Virus record (IMG/VR): IMGVR_UViG_3300012165_000002 | Location: 1 to 64,000 of that record | Direction: 5' to 3' (one strand) | Length of the DNA stretch: 64,000 bases | Source of the DNA: a virus | Shown here: positions 34,498-42,698 of the stretch, one piece after another | How the letters are laid out: each line of letters opens with the position of its first letter | Numbering within the stretch: the stretch's first letter is position 1 | Position numbers and translations under genes: made by a program | Notes under the pieces: generated by a model | Told to the model about the DNA's origin: nothing | What the model saw: the letters and a program-made list of their open reading frames with translations, nothing else | Databases searched by the model: none

Positions 34498-34731
34498 ATG
34501 GAAAAGAAATATTTAACAGTCAAGACTTTAATTGAGGAACTTTCAAAATATGATGGGGATTTGCCTATCATGATTTATTCTGAAATGGATGAAGGTGGAG
34601 GAATTGCTGATTCTGTATCCATAGAGACAAAAGACAAAAAGCATGGCTGTCAAGCTGATCACCCATTTGATTTTAGTCCAAACGGGATTAAAGAGGCTAT
34701 TTGTATAAGCGGTGGCAATAGGGCATATTAA
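34498..34731 (+). CDS. Hypothetical protein (77 aa)
   Basis: Second ATG of ATGGAGGAAGTGAAAATG. Confidence 0.55.
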   Translation: MEKKYLTVKTLIEELSKYDGDLPIMIYSEMDEGGGIADSVSIETKDKKHGCQADHPFDFSPNGIKEAICISGGNRAY

Positions 34732-34750
34732 AAAAAAGGAGAATGAAAAA

Positions 34751-35035
34751 ATGAAAAAGACATTAGCAACAATTTTAATTTCTATCTTAATGGCTCAGAA
34801 CGTAATGGCTTGCGAGAGGGTAATTCCAGTTTCGCAAATCGAAGTGATGCAAGGTGTAATCGCAGAATCGGGTTTGTCTGAGTATACATACGTGGATACT
34901 GAGGATGGAAACGGCTGGGCGATTGACAATTCCGATTTTGAAACCGGTGAGCATGTCATAATCGTGTTTGACAACATGGGTACGGATGATATTTTTGATG
35001 ACGAAATTATTCAAGTTAGGAGGATTACAAAATGA
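34751..35035 (+). CDS. Secreted protein or lipoprotein (94 aa)
   Basis: ATG 34751 behind AAAGGAGAATGAAAAA. Signal peptide MKKTLATILISILMAQNVMAC with a lipobox-like VMAC. Confidence 0.55.
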   Translation: MKKTLATILISILMAQNVMACERVIPVSQIEVMQGVIAESGLSEYTYVDTEDGNGWAIDNSDFETGEHVIIVFDNMGTDDIFDDEIIQVRRITK

Positions 35036-35409
35036 GTTTAAAAGATGAATTATACAACGGTTGTTTGGTGGAAGACAGAAGTGGAACTAAATTAATTTAT
35101 CTTAGTTCTGCCCGGTTTTATGATGAATATTATAATGGCAATGCTTGTTTTCTTCATATTGACATGGGCACTCATTGTATGATTGATGCATTTGATGATG
35201 ATTTAAGATGTGAAAGTGGAAAATGTTTCGACATAATGAAAATCTACAATCCCGAATACACAGGCGAAGTTATTCGTAATAGATATAAAATACCATGGAC
35301 ATGGGAACGGGAAGAGAAGACGCAACAAGAAATTGAAATGGAGAAGTTACAAGAGAAGATTACCGAATTACAGAAACAATATAACAAATTAAAGGAGTGT
35401 GCAAAGTGA
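35032..35409 (+). CDS. Paralogue family A member 1 (125 aa)
   Basis: NGCLVE.., DIMKIYNPEYTGEVIR, PWTWEREEKTQQEIEMEKLQEKITELQKQYNKLKEC. Shared with 35406..35792 and 49966..50334. Confidence 0.65.
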   Translation: MSLKDELYNGCLVEDRSGTKLIYLSSARFYDEYYNGNACFLHIDMGTHCMIDAFDDDLRCESGKCFDIMKIYNPEYTGEVIRNRYKIPWTWEREEKTQQEIEMEKLQEKITELQKQYNKLKECAK

Positions 35410-35792
35410 ATTTGAAAAACAAATTAAGAAATGGTTGTTTGATACAATATAGAGATGAAAGTAGGGCGATTTATTTTGATCCTTTAATGTATGCTGACAA
35501 AACCATCATTGGTTTCGCTGATATCGATAGTGCAAGCTATATGGGAATCCATCAGTTTGATGAAGAATTAAAGTGTGATTGTGCGGATAGATGGGACGTA
35601 ATGAAAATATACAATCCTCCATTCACTTGTGATGTTGTTGCAAATATAAATAAGGAAGTCCCTTGGACTTGGCAGCGTAATGAGAAAACGCAAATGGAAA
35701 TCGAAAAGGAGGAGTTGCTAAAGGAGATTGGTAGACACGAATATAAAATCGAGCAATTATGGGAACGATATTGTAAAGTAACAAACAGCTAA
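35406..35792 (+). CDS. Paralogue family A member 2 (128 aa)
   Basis: GTG 35406, 8 nt after AAGGAG, GTGA overlap. MNLKNKLRNGCL.., DVMKIYNPPFTCDV.., PWTWQRNEKTQMEIEKEELL. Confidence 0.6.
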   Translation: MNLKNKLRNGCLIQYRDESRAIYFDPLMYADKTIIGFADIDSASYMGIHQFDEELKCDCADRWDVMKIYNPPFTCDVVANINKEVPWTWQRNEKTQMEIEKEELLKEIGRHEYKIEQLWERYCKVTNS

Positions 35793-35882
35793 TTTTGTAA
35801 ATTGATAAAGCCACAGCTCTGAAGTTAAATTAGGATTCGGCGTTGTGGTTTCAATGAGTTTACAAAAAAAGGAGGAACTAAA

Positions 35883-36092
35883 ATGAGTTTAGAAATTGAT
35901 AGGCGTGACGATCTTGTAAAAATGCATAGAGTTTTGCGGAAGCTAAACGAGCGAAGATTGCAAATCGCAAAACGTAATTCACAATCGGAAAGCAACAGAG
36001 TGCTGATTGACATGTATGAGAATAGTGTGAAGTGGCACAAAACACAAACTGCGTGGTTTAGAAATGTCAATATGCCAATAGCGTGGTTATAA
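35883..36092 (+). CDS. Hypothetical protein (69 aa)
   Basis: AAAGGAGGAACTAAA RBS; N-terminus MSLEI shared with the next gene. Confidence 0.55.
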   Translation: MSLEIDRRDDLVKMHRVLRKLNERRLQIAKRNSQSESNRVLIDMYENSVKWHKTQTAWFRNVNMPIAWL

Positions 36093-36105
36093 AGGAGGAG
36101 CTAAA

Positions 36106-36315
36106 ATGAGCTTGGAAATAATTAATGTAACGGAAATCGAAAAAGGAGATTTATATTGGAAGAAAATTGAGTTAGAGGACAAGGCGTTTATCTGCAAAAA
36201 TTACATAAACTCAAACACGCCTAAAAGCTTAAAGCAAAGCTACAAACGGATGTATGATTACATTGCAGAATTGATTTTCCAAATCAATTGTAGAATGGAG
36301 GCGTTAGGAATTTGA
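36106..36315 (+). CDS. Hypothetical protein (69 aa)
   Basis: AAAGGAGGAGCTAAA RBS. Confidence 0.55.
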   Translation: MSLEIINVTEIEKGDLYWKKIELEDKAFICKNYINSNTPKSLKQSYKRMYDYIAELIFQINCRMEALGI

Positions 36316-36506
36316 ATTATGAATTTACTGATTTTACGGAATGCTCTCGTAACGTTAAAATATATGAGCAAAAGTTTTTGATGTTTACAAGGTATATTGT
36401 AGCGGTGTTTAGCTTTCCGGAAAACGAATTGATCCGGTCATACCGGACATGGAGCAAGGCAAAGGCATATGAATTTATGCTATTTGATTATGAAACGGAG
36501 GAATAA
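36312..36506 (+). CDS. Hypothetical protein (64 aa)
   Basis: TTG start overlapping the upstream TGA; ORF-track frame. Confidence 0.45.
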   Translation: MNYEFTDFTECSRNVKIYEQKFLMFTRYIVAVFSFPENELIRSYRTWSKAKAYEFMLFDYETEE

Positions 36507-36508
36507 AA

Positions 36509-36745
36509 ATGACAATCGAAATCAAAAATGCATTTGAACATGAAATTCAAAACGGATTTCTAAAAGCAATTGACGTAATTAATTACATGATAGAAACTTG
36601 TGGACTAAAATCGGATAAGGAAATAGAAAACACATCTCTATCTGATTTGTATTGTGAGATTGAAAACGAAAAACATTTCATAAGTCATGCATATGTTGAT
36701 AAAGCAGAAGGGAGTTTTTATGTTGAAATGCGAAAATTGTCTTAA
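36509..36745 (+). CDS. Hypothetical protein (78 aa)
   Basis: ACGGAGGAATAAAA RBS. Confidence 0.55.
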   Translation: MTIEIKNAFEHEIQNGFLKAIDVINYMIETCGLKSDKEIENTSLSDLYCEIENEKHFISHAYVDKAEGSFYVEMRKLS

Positions 36746-36905
36746 TAACCTTTTTAAAAGCCGAAACGAAGCAAGCAAAAATCAAGACGAATTGCAATGC
36801 CATATCGTGAAATGCGATAATGGGTATTGCGAGAACGCCGAAAACGAATTCTGTTTTAAGAATTTGACACACAGCGAATTTAAATTATGGAGGACAACGA
36901 GATGA
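36720..36905 (+). CDS. Hypothetical Cys-rich protein (61 aa)
   Basis: ATG 36720 behind GAAGGGAG. CENC..C..C..C pattern. Confidence 0.5.
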   Translation: MLKCENCLNNLFKSRNEASKNQDELQCHIVKCDNGYCENAENEFCFKNLTHSEFKLWRTTR

Positions 36906-37180
36906 ATCTATATTTGCAAATCAAAAATCATAAGCGCAAAGCGGCGCTAAAAGCCAAAATCAAACCATGCCTTGGAATGCTATTATTTGCCACTCTAGGG
37001 CTTTTAAGTTTGTTGTTGAGTGCTGTATCGACTTGCGAGTTTATATTCGTCCTACGTCAATTTAAGGCACAAATAATGCCTATGTGGATGATTGTGTCCG
37101 GAATGCTAATCGGATATGGAATGTCAATATTGTTTGCAAGGTATTGCGAATTCTATTTTGAAGAATTGAAAGGAGAATGA
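36902..37180 (+). CDS. Membrane protein (92 aa, two TM helices)
   Basis: ATG 36902 (ATGA overlap) behind TGGAGGACAACG. Confidence 0.55.
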   Translation: MNLYLQIKNHKRKAALKAKIKPCLGMLLFATLGLLSLLLSAVSTCEFIFVLRQFKAQIMPMWMIVSGMLIGYGMSILFARYCEFYFEELKGE

Positions 37181-37182
37181 AA

Positions 37183-37371
37183 ATGAATGACAAATTGATA
37201 CAAGAGTTGAAAGATTTAAGGCTTCATGGGGATTCAGATTTGTCTAGCTTCTATGCAATTGTAAACGCAATTAAAACAATTCAAGATCAAGAAAAGGAAA
37301 TCGAGCAGCTGAAGGAAAAGGTTCTAAAATACAAAACCAAATACGCCGAATGTTGGAAAAACAATTTGTAA
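37183..37371 (+). CDS. Hypothetical coiled-coil protein (62 aa)
   Basis: Second ATG, 7 nt after AAGGAG. Confidence 0.5.
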   Translation: MNDKLIQELKDLRLHGDSDLSSFYAIVNAIKTIQDQEKEIEQLKEKVLKYKTKYAECWKNNL

Positions 37372-37384
37372 AGGAGGAACGAAA

Positions 37385-37549
37385 ATGAGTTTGGCATTGA
37401 CAGCATGTGCAATCTGTTTGGTAATATACACATTTGTAACCTTGACAGGAATGAGTGAGGGTTTCACGTTTTCAAGATTCAACAATTATTTTCTTTGGTT
37501 TCTGTATATCACTGCTGTTCTGATATACATAGTGAATGGAGGAGTTTAA
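37385..37549 (+). CDS. Small membrane protein (54 aa)
   Basis: AAGGAGGAACGAAA RBS; two hydrophobic helices; below the track cut-off. Confidence 0.5.
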   Translation: MSLALTACAICLVIYTFVTLTGMSEGFTFSRFNNYFLWFLYITAVLIYIVNGGV

Positions 37550-37804
37550 ATGAAAAGTTATAAAATAACAATTGGAACGGGATTAGTGTGGCCTCATGAA
37601 GAAGTAATTCAAGTTGAAGATTGGGAATGTGAGCAGGACGCGCTTGACAGACTAGTTGATAAATTTGAAAGTGAAAATCAGATGGGATATTTCATTACGA
37701 ATGAGGAAGCGGCTGAATACGGCGAGGATGAATATACTTTTACGGGAAATCACGGCTTGAATTTGTTGCATTGTGGGGAATTATATATTGAGGAGGTAAA
37801 TTGA
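37550..37804 (+). CDS. Acidic hypothetical protein (84 aa)
   Basis: ATG immediately after the upstream TAA; TGGAGGAGTTTAA RBS. Confidence 0.6.
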   Translation: MKSYKITIGTGLVWPHEEVIQVEDWECEQDALDRLVDKFESENQMGYFITNEEAAEYGEDEYTFTGNHGLNLLHCGELYIEEVN

Positions 37805-37805
37805 A

Positions 37806-37985
37806 ATGAAAATAGCAGGAAAAACAGAAACATTGCATGTGTGTGATCCGTCAATAGATGACATAAACTGTTTAATTGATGAGGGTTATGTATATATGGA
37901 AGCCGAAGACATATTTGGCAATGAAATATGGGAAAGGGAAACAAATTTTCATGTTGAAACGGAGGAAGTAAAGTGTTTATACTAA
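37806..37985 (+). CDS. Hypothetical protein (59 aa)
   Basis: GAGGAGGTAAATTGAA RBS; below the track cut-off. Confidence 0.5.
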   Translation: MKIAGKTETLHVCDPSIDDINCLIDEGYVYMEAEDIFGNEIWERETNFHVETEEVKCLY

Positions 37986-38128
37986 TCATGATTACACTTT
38001 TTTTAGTTTTATATCTTGCAATATTCCAAAGTGTTAATGTGATTATGCTGGTTGGTATTCCAATTATTTTAAGTTTGATTTTATCTATTATTTTGCGATG
38101 CATTGAGCATATCACAAGGAGGAAGTAA
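37973..38128 (+). CDS. Small membrane protein (51 aa)
   Basis: GTG 37973 behind ACGGAGGAAGTAAA; almost entirely hydrophobic. Confidence 0.45.
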   Translation: MFILIMITLFLVLYLAIFQSVNVIMLVGIPIILSLILSIILRCIEHITRRK

Positions 38129-38129
38129 A

Positions 38130-38297
38130 ATGACTATACGATACGATCTGTTATTATCCTGCTATTGGGCGTTCTTTGGAAATTCCAGAACGTCAATAAA
38201 CGGAAATTGGAGTTGGGAAACTAAATCTGAATTGGAATTCGATTTGGACGCTTGTAACTTGGAGTTAATCGGAAACGAAGTTGTGAGTATAAATTGA
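38130..38297 (+). CDS. Hypothetical protein (55 aa)
   Basis: ATG 38130 behind AAGGAGGAAGTAAA. Confidence 0.5.
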   Translation: MTIRYDLLLSCYWAFFGNSRTSINGNWSWETKSELEFDLDACNLELIGNEVVSIN

Positions 38298-38309
38298 GGA
38301 GGATTTAAA

Positions 38310-38489
38310 ATGAGTATTAACATATCTTTTGAGAATGTAAAAACAGAACGTGAAAGCCAATTAATGGCAACAATACAATACCTTGCTGATATTATAAATC
38401 ACATTGGTTGTCAAGAGTACATTAATGATATGACAGAATCGTTACACGAAAACGAAGTTAGTTATAGTTTTGGTGAATTTTTAGAATAA
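38310..38489 (+). CDS. Hypothetical protein (59 aa)
   Basis: TGAGGAGGATTTAAA RBS. Confidence 0.5.
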   Translation: MSINISFENVKTERESQLMATIQYLADIINHIGCQEYINDMTESLHENEVSYSFGEFLE

Positions 38490-38506
38490 TTAAAGGAGGG
38501 TTTAAA

Positions 38507-38701
38507 ATGGTTATGGCGATAGTAATGTTTTTAATTGGAATCGGATTGCATATAGTCAACGCAAATGGAATATTGATTGTTGACTTATGGATAATGCGAA
38601 GTGTATTCGGAGTTGCAGGACTTTTACTCGGCGTTTCGATTATCAATATGATAAGAGCCAGCCTAATGGTAGGCAGCGCTAAAAGAAGAATGAGACGATA
38701 A
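38507..38701 (+). CDS. Small membrane protein (64 aa)
   Basis: AAAGGAGGGTTTAAA RBS; two TM helices. Confidence 0.6.
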   Translation: MVMAIVMFLIGIGLHIVNANGILIVDLWIMRSVFGVAGLLLGVSIINMIRASLMVGSAKRRMRR

Positions 38702-38720
38702 AATTAAGGAGGAGTAGAGT

Positions 38721-38891
38721 ATGACATTGAAGGAGTTAATTCAGTGGCTTGAAAAATACAAAATGGATTCAAAAATACAAATCGCATCTCTTGATGGAAC
38801 AAGTGACACTTTTCATTGGGCAATCGAGGACGTTTATGATGATTGTGGTGGAAGGCTTACAATAATACGCATAAAGGAAATCACAGAATAA
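38721..38891 (+). CDS. Hypothetical protein (56 aa)
   Basis: TAAGGAGGAGTAGAGT RBS. Confidence 0.5.
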   Translation: MTLKELIQWLEKYKMDSKIQIASLDGTSDTFHWAIEDVYDDCGGRLTIIRIKEITE

Positions 38892-38921
38892 GAATTGTGG
38901 GAGAATGGGAAGGAGTAAAGC

Positions 38922-39218
38922 ATGGGCTATCTTACGAGAAGCGAAATCGAAGACACAATTTTAGGTATGGGCGATATCATATTTGAAAATAAGCAAATGA
39001 GAAAACGAATCGCCGAATTGGAATTGGAAGTTGCTCGCAATAAAGCATGGCTATATCATAAAGACGAGTTGAAAGAAAAACTTGATAAAAGAATAAGTGA
39101 AAACTTGTCTTATAATTTAGTCCAATCGGCAGGATGGTCAAGCTCAGACGAGTTTTACACCTTGGAAGATATGAATTTGACAGAAGATGAATACAGATTT
39201 TGCAAATCAACTTATTAA
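38922..39218 (+). CDS. Hypothetical protein (98 aa)
   Basis: GGGAAGGAGTAAAGC RBS. Confidence 0.6.
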   Translation: MGYLTRSEIEDTILGMGDIIFENKQMRKRIAELELEVARNKAWLYHKDELKEKLDKRISENLSYNLVQSAGWSSSDEFYTLEDMNLTEDEYRFCKSTY

Positions 39219-39235
39219 TATGAGGAGGTAACAAA

Positions 39236-39454
39236 ATGAAATGCATAGGTAGAAATTGTGTTTACAACAAATGCAATAGCGGAAATTTTTGCGGGTTGCC
39301 GTGGGCGTTCCCCACTCAAGAAGGAGACAATTGCGTGATTGACAAAGAAATAGAACTTTCTTTGCTGGAATTGAATAGTGTAAAAGAACGTTATGAAAGA
39401 ATGTTGTCGGAAAAAGAAAATATAATCAACAATCAAAATATTATAAGGAGGTAA
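39236..39454 (+). CDS. Paralogue family B member 1 (72 aa), Cys-rich N-terminus
   Basis: MKCIGRNCVYNKCNSGNFCGLP..EGDNCVID..KERYERML. Paralogue at 42494..42697. Confidence 0.6.
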   Translation: MKCIGRNCVYNKCNSGNFCGLPWAFPTQEGDNCVIDKEIELSLLELNSVKERYERMLSEKENIINNQNIIRR

Positions 39455-39458
39455 CAAA

Positions 39459-39644
39459 ATGGATAATTTAGACGAATTGAAAAATGATTTAGAAAGTTTG
39501 ACTAGAAAAATAAACTCAATCAATATTGAAGATGCAGCTTTTGAGGCAAAGTTAATGCATATGGATTTTGAGGATCTTGTCATATTGCAAAAAAGGATAA
39601 TTGACTTAATGGAAGCGAAATATGATTTGGCTTGTGAATACTAA
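39459..39644 (+). CDS. Hypothetical protein (61 aa)
   Basis: TAAGGAGGTAACAAA RBS, the same junction as the previous gene. Confidence 0.55.
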   Translation: MDNLDELKNDLESLTRKINSINIEDAAFEAKLMHMDFEDLVILQKRIIDLMEAKYDLACEY

Positions 39645-39658
39645 AGGAGGAAATGAAA

Positions 39659-40111
39659 ATGGAAGACAAAACTAATGGTAGAATTGTAAATTCTGGAATG
39701 GGTGGATTTTTAAATCCTCCAGAACATCCAGAACACTTTTATAGTGTCAAACAATTTGGGCCTGACTATTTTGGTGGTGCGTTTTCAATGAGTTTGTCAT
39801 CGGCGGTAGAATGCGATTGGCTATTAGACTCTGTAAAAGCAAAGGCAAAAGCAGTTTTAGATCAATGGATAAAGCCAGAGTTGGAATCCGAAGCCGTTCA
39901 AGATTGGATATGCCGTTGCCTTGGATATTTCAAAAACTGCTATTCAAAAGATGGAGTTGGACGAAATGTAAATACAGATTTGATAGTTTCAAAAGAGCCT
40001 TTGGATGTCAATAGACATCTTGGAGTTATGCATATAAGAAAATTTTATCCCGAATACATACCAAGCGAAAAGGATTTTGAAGGTGCATATTGGGGAGCGA
40101 AAGGAGAATGA
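39659..40111 (+). CDS. Hypothetical protein (150 aa)
   Basis: Second ATG, 8 nt after AGGAGG. Confidence 0.6.
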   Translation: MEDKTNGRIVNSGMGGFLNPPEHPEHFYSVKQFGPDYFGGAFSMSLSSAVECDWLLDSVKAKAKAVLDQWIKPELESEAVQDWICRCLGYFKNCYSKDGVGRNVNTDLIVSKEPLDVNRHLGVMHIRKFYPEYIPSEKDFEGAYWGAKGE

Positions 40112-40112
40112 A

Positions 40113-40514
40113 ATGAGAGACACAATATATGTTGTGAAACGCTCAAACGGTTTCTACGAAATTTATAAAAACGGCAAATCACAAGTTGATTTGGTTAGCA
40201 ATTTGCCATTATATGCCAGCTCTGAAATGTTGATCAATAGCATATTAATGGAATCGAAATTTGAAAATCCAAAAATTATATTTACCGACAAAGAAATCAA
40301 ATTTAAAAGTAATTTACCAAACGCTTGGCAAGTATTTATTAAAAGCGTGAAAAGTAAAATGAAAAGAGATAAAAATCCAAACATATGCAAGCCGGTGACA
40401 AGCTTTGACACAAAGAAGTTTGTGTTTTTGTTGTTAATTCTTATGATAATTTGTGTTGTTACTAGGATATGGTTTTTTAATTGCCTATATGCATCATTAG
40501 GCATAATAAGATGA
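40113..40514 (+). CDS. Hypothetical protein with C-terminal TM helix (133 aa)
   Basis: ATG 40113 behind AAAGGAGAATGAA. Confidence 0.55.
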   Translation: MRDTIYVVKRSNGFYEIYKNGKSQVDLVSNLPLYASSEMLINSILMESKFENPKIIFTDKEIKFKSNLPNAWQVFIKSVKSKMKRDKNPNICKPVTSFDTKKFVFLLLILMIICVVTRIWFFNCLYASLGIIR

Positions 40515-40528
40515 AGGAGGAAATGAAA

Positions 40529-40837
40529 ATGAGTTTTAGTGTATTTGGTAGAGTAGAAGGAGTAAAACCGGCAGATGAAAAATATCAAGCTATGATTGAA
40601 GTCGTGAAGAATATGCGGAAACTTGATATAAGAATTCCAAACGAAATTTTAGAGTATTTTGGAGTGTATGATGAATATGACATTGATATAAACGTAAATG
40701 GGGTTGCTATTTACATTGGAAACCAAGATTATGTTCATTATTCAGAAGGTGACAGATATGAGAACATATACACAATTGACATTTCAAAAATACCTACCGA
40801 TTTTAAAGAGATTAGATTGATATATGGAGGGTGTTAA
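40529..40837 (+). CDS. Hypothetical protein (102 aa)
   Basis: ATG 40529 behind GAAGGAGGAAATGAAA. Confidence 0.6.
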   Translation: MSFSVFGRVEGVKPADEKYQAMIEVVKNMRKLDIRIPNEILEYFGVYDEYDIDINVNGVAIYIGNQDYVHYSEGDRYENIYTIDISKIPTDFKEIRLIYGGC

Positions 40838-40838
40838 T

Positions 40839-41021
40839 ATGTATAAAAGAAAAACGAAGGACGTTTATGAAATTCAGTGTAATTATGGCTATGGATGGGA
40901 TTGTGAAACGGTAGAGGAAACTTGGAAAGATGCAAAGAGTCAACTAAAATGCTATCATGAAAACATAAGTTATCCAGTCAGAATTGTAAAAAAGCGTGAG
41001 AAAATAGAGGGAGTTGTATAA
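40839..41021 (+). CDS. Hypothetical protein (60 aa)
   Basis: ATG 40839 behind TGGAGGGTGTTAAT. Confidence 0.55.
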   Translation: MYKRKTKDVYEIQCNYGYGWDCETVEETWKDAKSQLKCYHENISYPVRIVKKREKIEGVV

Positions 41022-41023
41022 TT

Positions 41024-41269
41024 ATGCATAGAGTCATAAAAATAGCAACAGGTGACGGAAAGCATTTTGATTCCGAAAAAGAGGCAAGAAGATACCTCGA
41101 CAAAGAATATGGAAATCGCTTAACGTCGATTGCTCACAAAATAGTAAGGACAGATTGCAAATATACACAATTATGCGAATTTTTAGATACAAACTTGAAT
41201 TTATTTCAAGAATTAATTGATTTGAAGAATGAACTTAAAAATGGTATTAAAGAGGAGGAATTAGAATGA
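41024..41269 (+). CDS. Hypothetical protein (81 aa)
   Basis: ORF-track frame, GGGAG RBS. Confidence 0.55.
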   Translation: MHRVIKIATGDGKHFDSEKEARRYLDKEYGNRLTSIAHKIVRTDCKYTQLCEFLDTNLNLFQELIDLKNELKNGIKEEELE

Positions 41270-41499
41270 AATTCTATTTTACATTTGGAACTGATAAGCA
41301 ATTCCCATATCAAGGAGGATGGGTGGAAGTTGTTGCAAATAGTCGAGGGGAAGCATGTGAGAAATTCAGAACACGTTTTCCCGATAGGCATAAAGGAACT
41401 ATGAATTGTGCATTCGTTTATAGCGAAGATGAGTTTTCTGAAACAACTATGGCACAAGATGGGAATTGGGGAGAGTATTGTCATGAAGTGATTGAATAA
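41266..41499 (+). CDS. Hypothetical protein (77 aa)
   Basis: AGAGGAGGAATTAGA RBS, ATGA overlap. Confidence 0.6.
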   Translation: MKFYFTFGTDKQFPYQGGWVEVVANSRGEACEKFRTRFPDRHKGTMNCAFVYSEDEFSETTMAQDGNWGEYCHEVIE

Positions 41500-41519
41500 A
41501 AACATGAGGAGGAATTAGA

Positions 41520-41675
41520 ATGACAGAGTATGAATTTGAAATTATTGACGATGCAATTGGCGATTATTGTATGCGTTGTTCTGAAGATACATTAAATGAC
41601 GATACAATATGTGATAAGTGTCATATTCGCAAATTCATGTATTATATAGACAATGCATATGAAAGGGAGAATTAA
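41520..41675 (+). CDS. Hypothetical zinc-ribbon-like protein (51 aa)
   Basis: TGAGGAGGAATTAGA RBS; CMRC..CDKC. Confidence 0.5.
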   Translation: MTEYEFEIIDDAIGDYCMRCSEDTLNDDTICDKCHIRKFMYYIDNAYEREN

Positions 41676-41679
41676 TATC

Positions 41680-41880
41680 ATGAAGCAAGAATATAAACTT
41701 ATACGAGATGGTTTTGAAACTTTTTACTTTGCTCACAGTTTTAAATCTGCTTATGAATGGGCATATGAAGCATATAGCAATGCTATACAACTAAATAAAT
41801 ACAACAATGTTTCACTATATTGTTTGAATGATGGTAATTTTGGAGAACGGTGGAAACTTTATGCAAAACAATGCATATGA
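41680..41880 (+). CDS. Hypothetical protein (66 aa)
   Basis: ATG 41680 behind the duplicated junction GCATATGAAAGGGAGAATTAATATC. Confidence 0.55.
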   Translation: MKQEYKLIRDGFETFYFAHSFKSAYEWAYEAYSNAIQLNKYNNVSLYCLNDGNFGERWKLYAKQCI

Positions 41881-41896
41881 AAGGAAAACTAATATC

Positions 41897-42076
41897 ATGA
41901 AGCAAACAAATGCCACAATGTTTATTATCTTTGCAGCTTTTGGAATGCTATGGATTGGATTGAAAATATTTTCACCAGATGGAATTGAAATTTATCCCAA
42001 TATATATTGGGGAATTTTGAGTTTAGTTGGTAGTTGTGTTTTTGGTGTGCTATGGTTTTTGAGTGATGAATACTAA
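41897..42076 (+). CDS. Small membrane protein (59 aa)
   Basis: ATG 41897 behind the duplicated junction GCATATGAAAGGAAAACTAATATC; two TM helices. Confidence 0.55.
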   Translation: MKQTNATMFIIFAAFGMLWIGLKIFSPDGIEIYPNIYWGILSLVGSCVFGVLWFLSDEY

Positions 42077-42089
42077 ATGAATGTTTTTA

Positions 42090-42120
42090 GAATACCAAAA
42101 CCGATTTGATTTTGGTATTC
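42090..42120 (+). terminator. Terminator-like hairpin
   Basis: GAATACCAAAA / TTTTGGTATTC 11-bp stem, 9-nt loop. Confidence 0.6.
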
Positions 42121-42157
42121 AATAAAGCATTTAAAATTAAAAAGGAGGAATAAAAAG

Positions 42158-42439
42158 ATGAGAAGTAAATATTACAACGTAACACTTATTGAAGAATATC
42201 CGATTTATGAACCAGCAGAAGGTGGTTATTATTACACTGGTGAGGAATGTCGCTCAGTGCCGTGTAAAACAAGGAAGGAGGCTCGGAAAATCCTTAAAGA
42301 AATTGGGGATGATTATTGGCTTGAAAAGAAAAATGAAGATTGCTATGCAAATTACAGCAAATATATTGGTGGGAATGTGATTTGCAGAATTGAAAAGAAG
42401 TATGTAACAAAATCAAGAGGACGAGAGCCGTATTGTTAA
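42158..42439 (+). CDS. Hypothetical protein (93 aa)
   Basis: AAAGGAGGAATAAAAAG RBS. Confidence 0.6.
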   Translation: MRSKYYNVTLIEEYPIYEPAEGGYYYTGEECRSVPCKTRKEARKILKEIGDDYWLEKKNEDCYANYSKYIGGNVICRIEKKYVTKSRGREPYC

Positions 42440-42493
42440 TCGAAAATAATGGACGATAGCATTATGAGGAAATAATTAGAAAGTGGGGATAAT

Positions 42494-42697
42494 ATGAAAT
42501 GCGTAGGTAAAGATTGTAATTACATGAGAGGTAATCATTGTGGATTGCCAATTACGTTCTTCACAAGAGAAGGTGATGATTGTGTCATTGATGAAGGATT
42601 GGAATTTGCTTTAGTAATGTTAAATGATGCAAAAGAACGTTATGAAAGAATGTTATTGGAAAAAGAGAAATTATTAAAAATTGAGAGGGGAATATAA
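42494..42697 (+). CDS. Paralogue family B member 2 (67 aa)
   Basis: MKCVGKDCNYMRGNHCGLP..EGDDCVID..KERYERML. Confidence 0.6.
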   Translation: MKCVGKDCNYMRGNHCGLPITFFTREGDDCVIDEGLEFALVMLNDAKERYERMLLEKEKLLKIERGI

Positions 42698-42698
42698 A

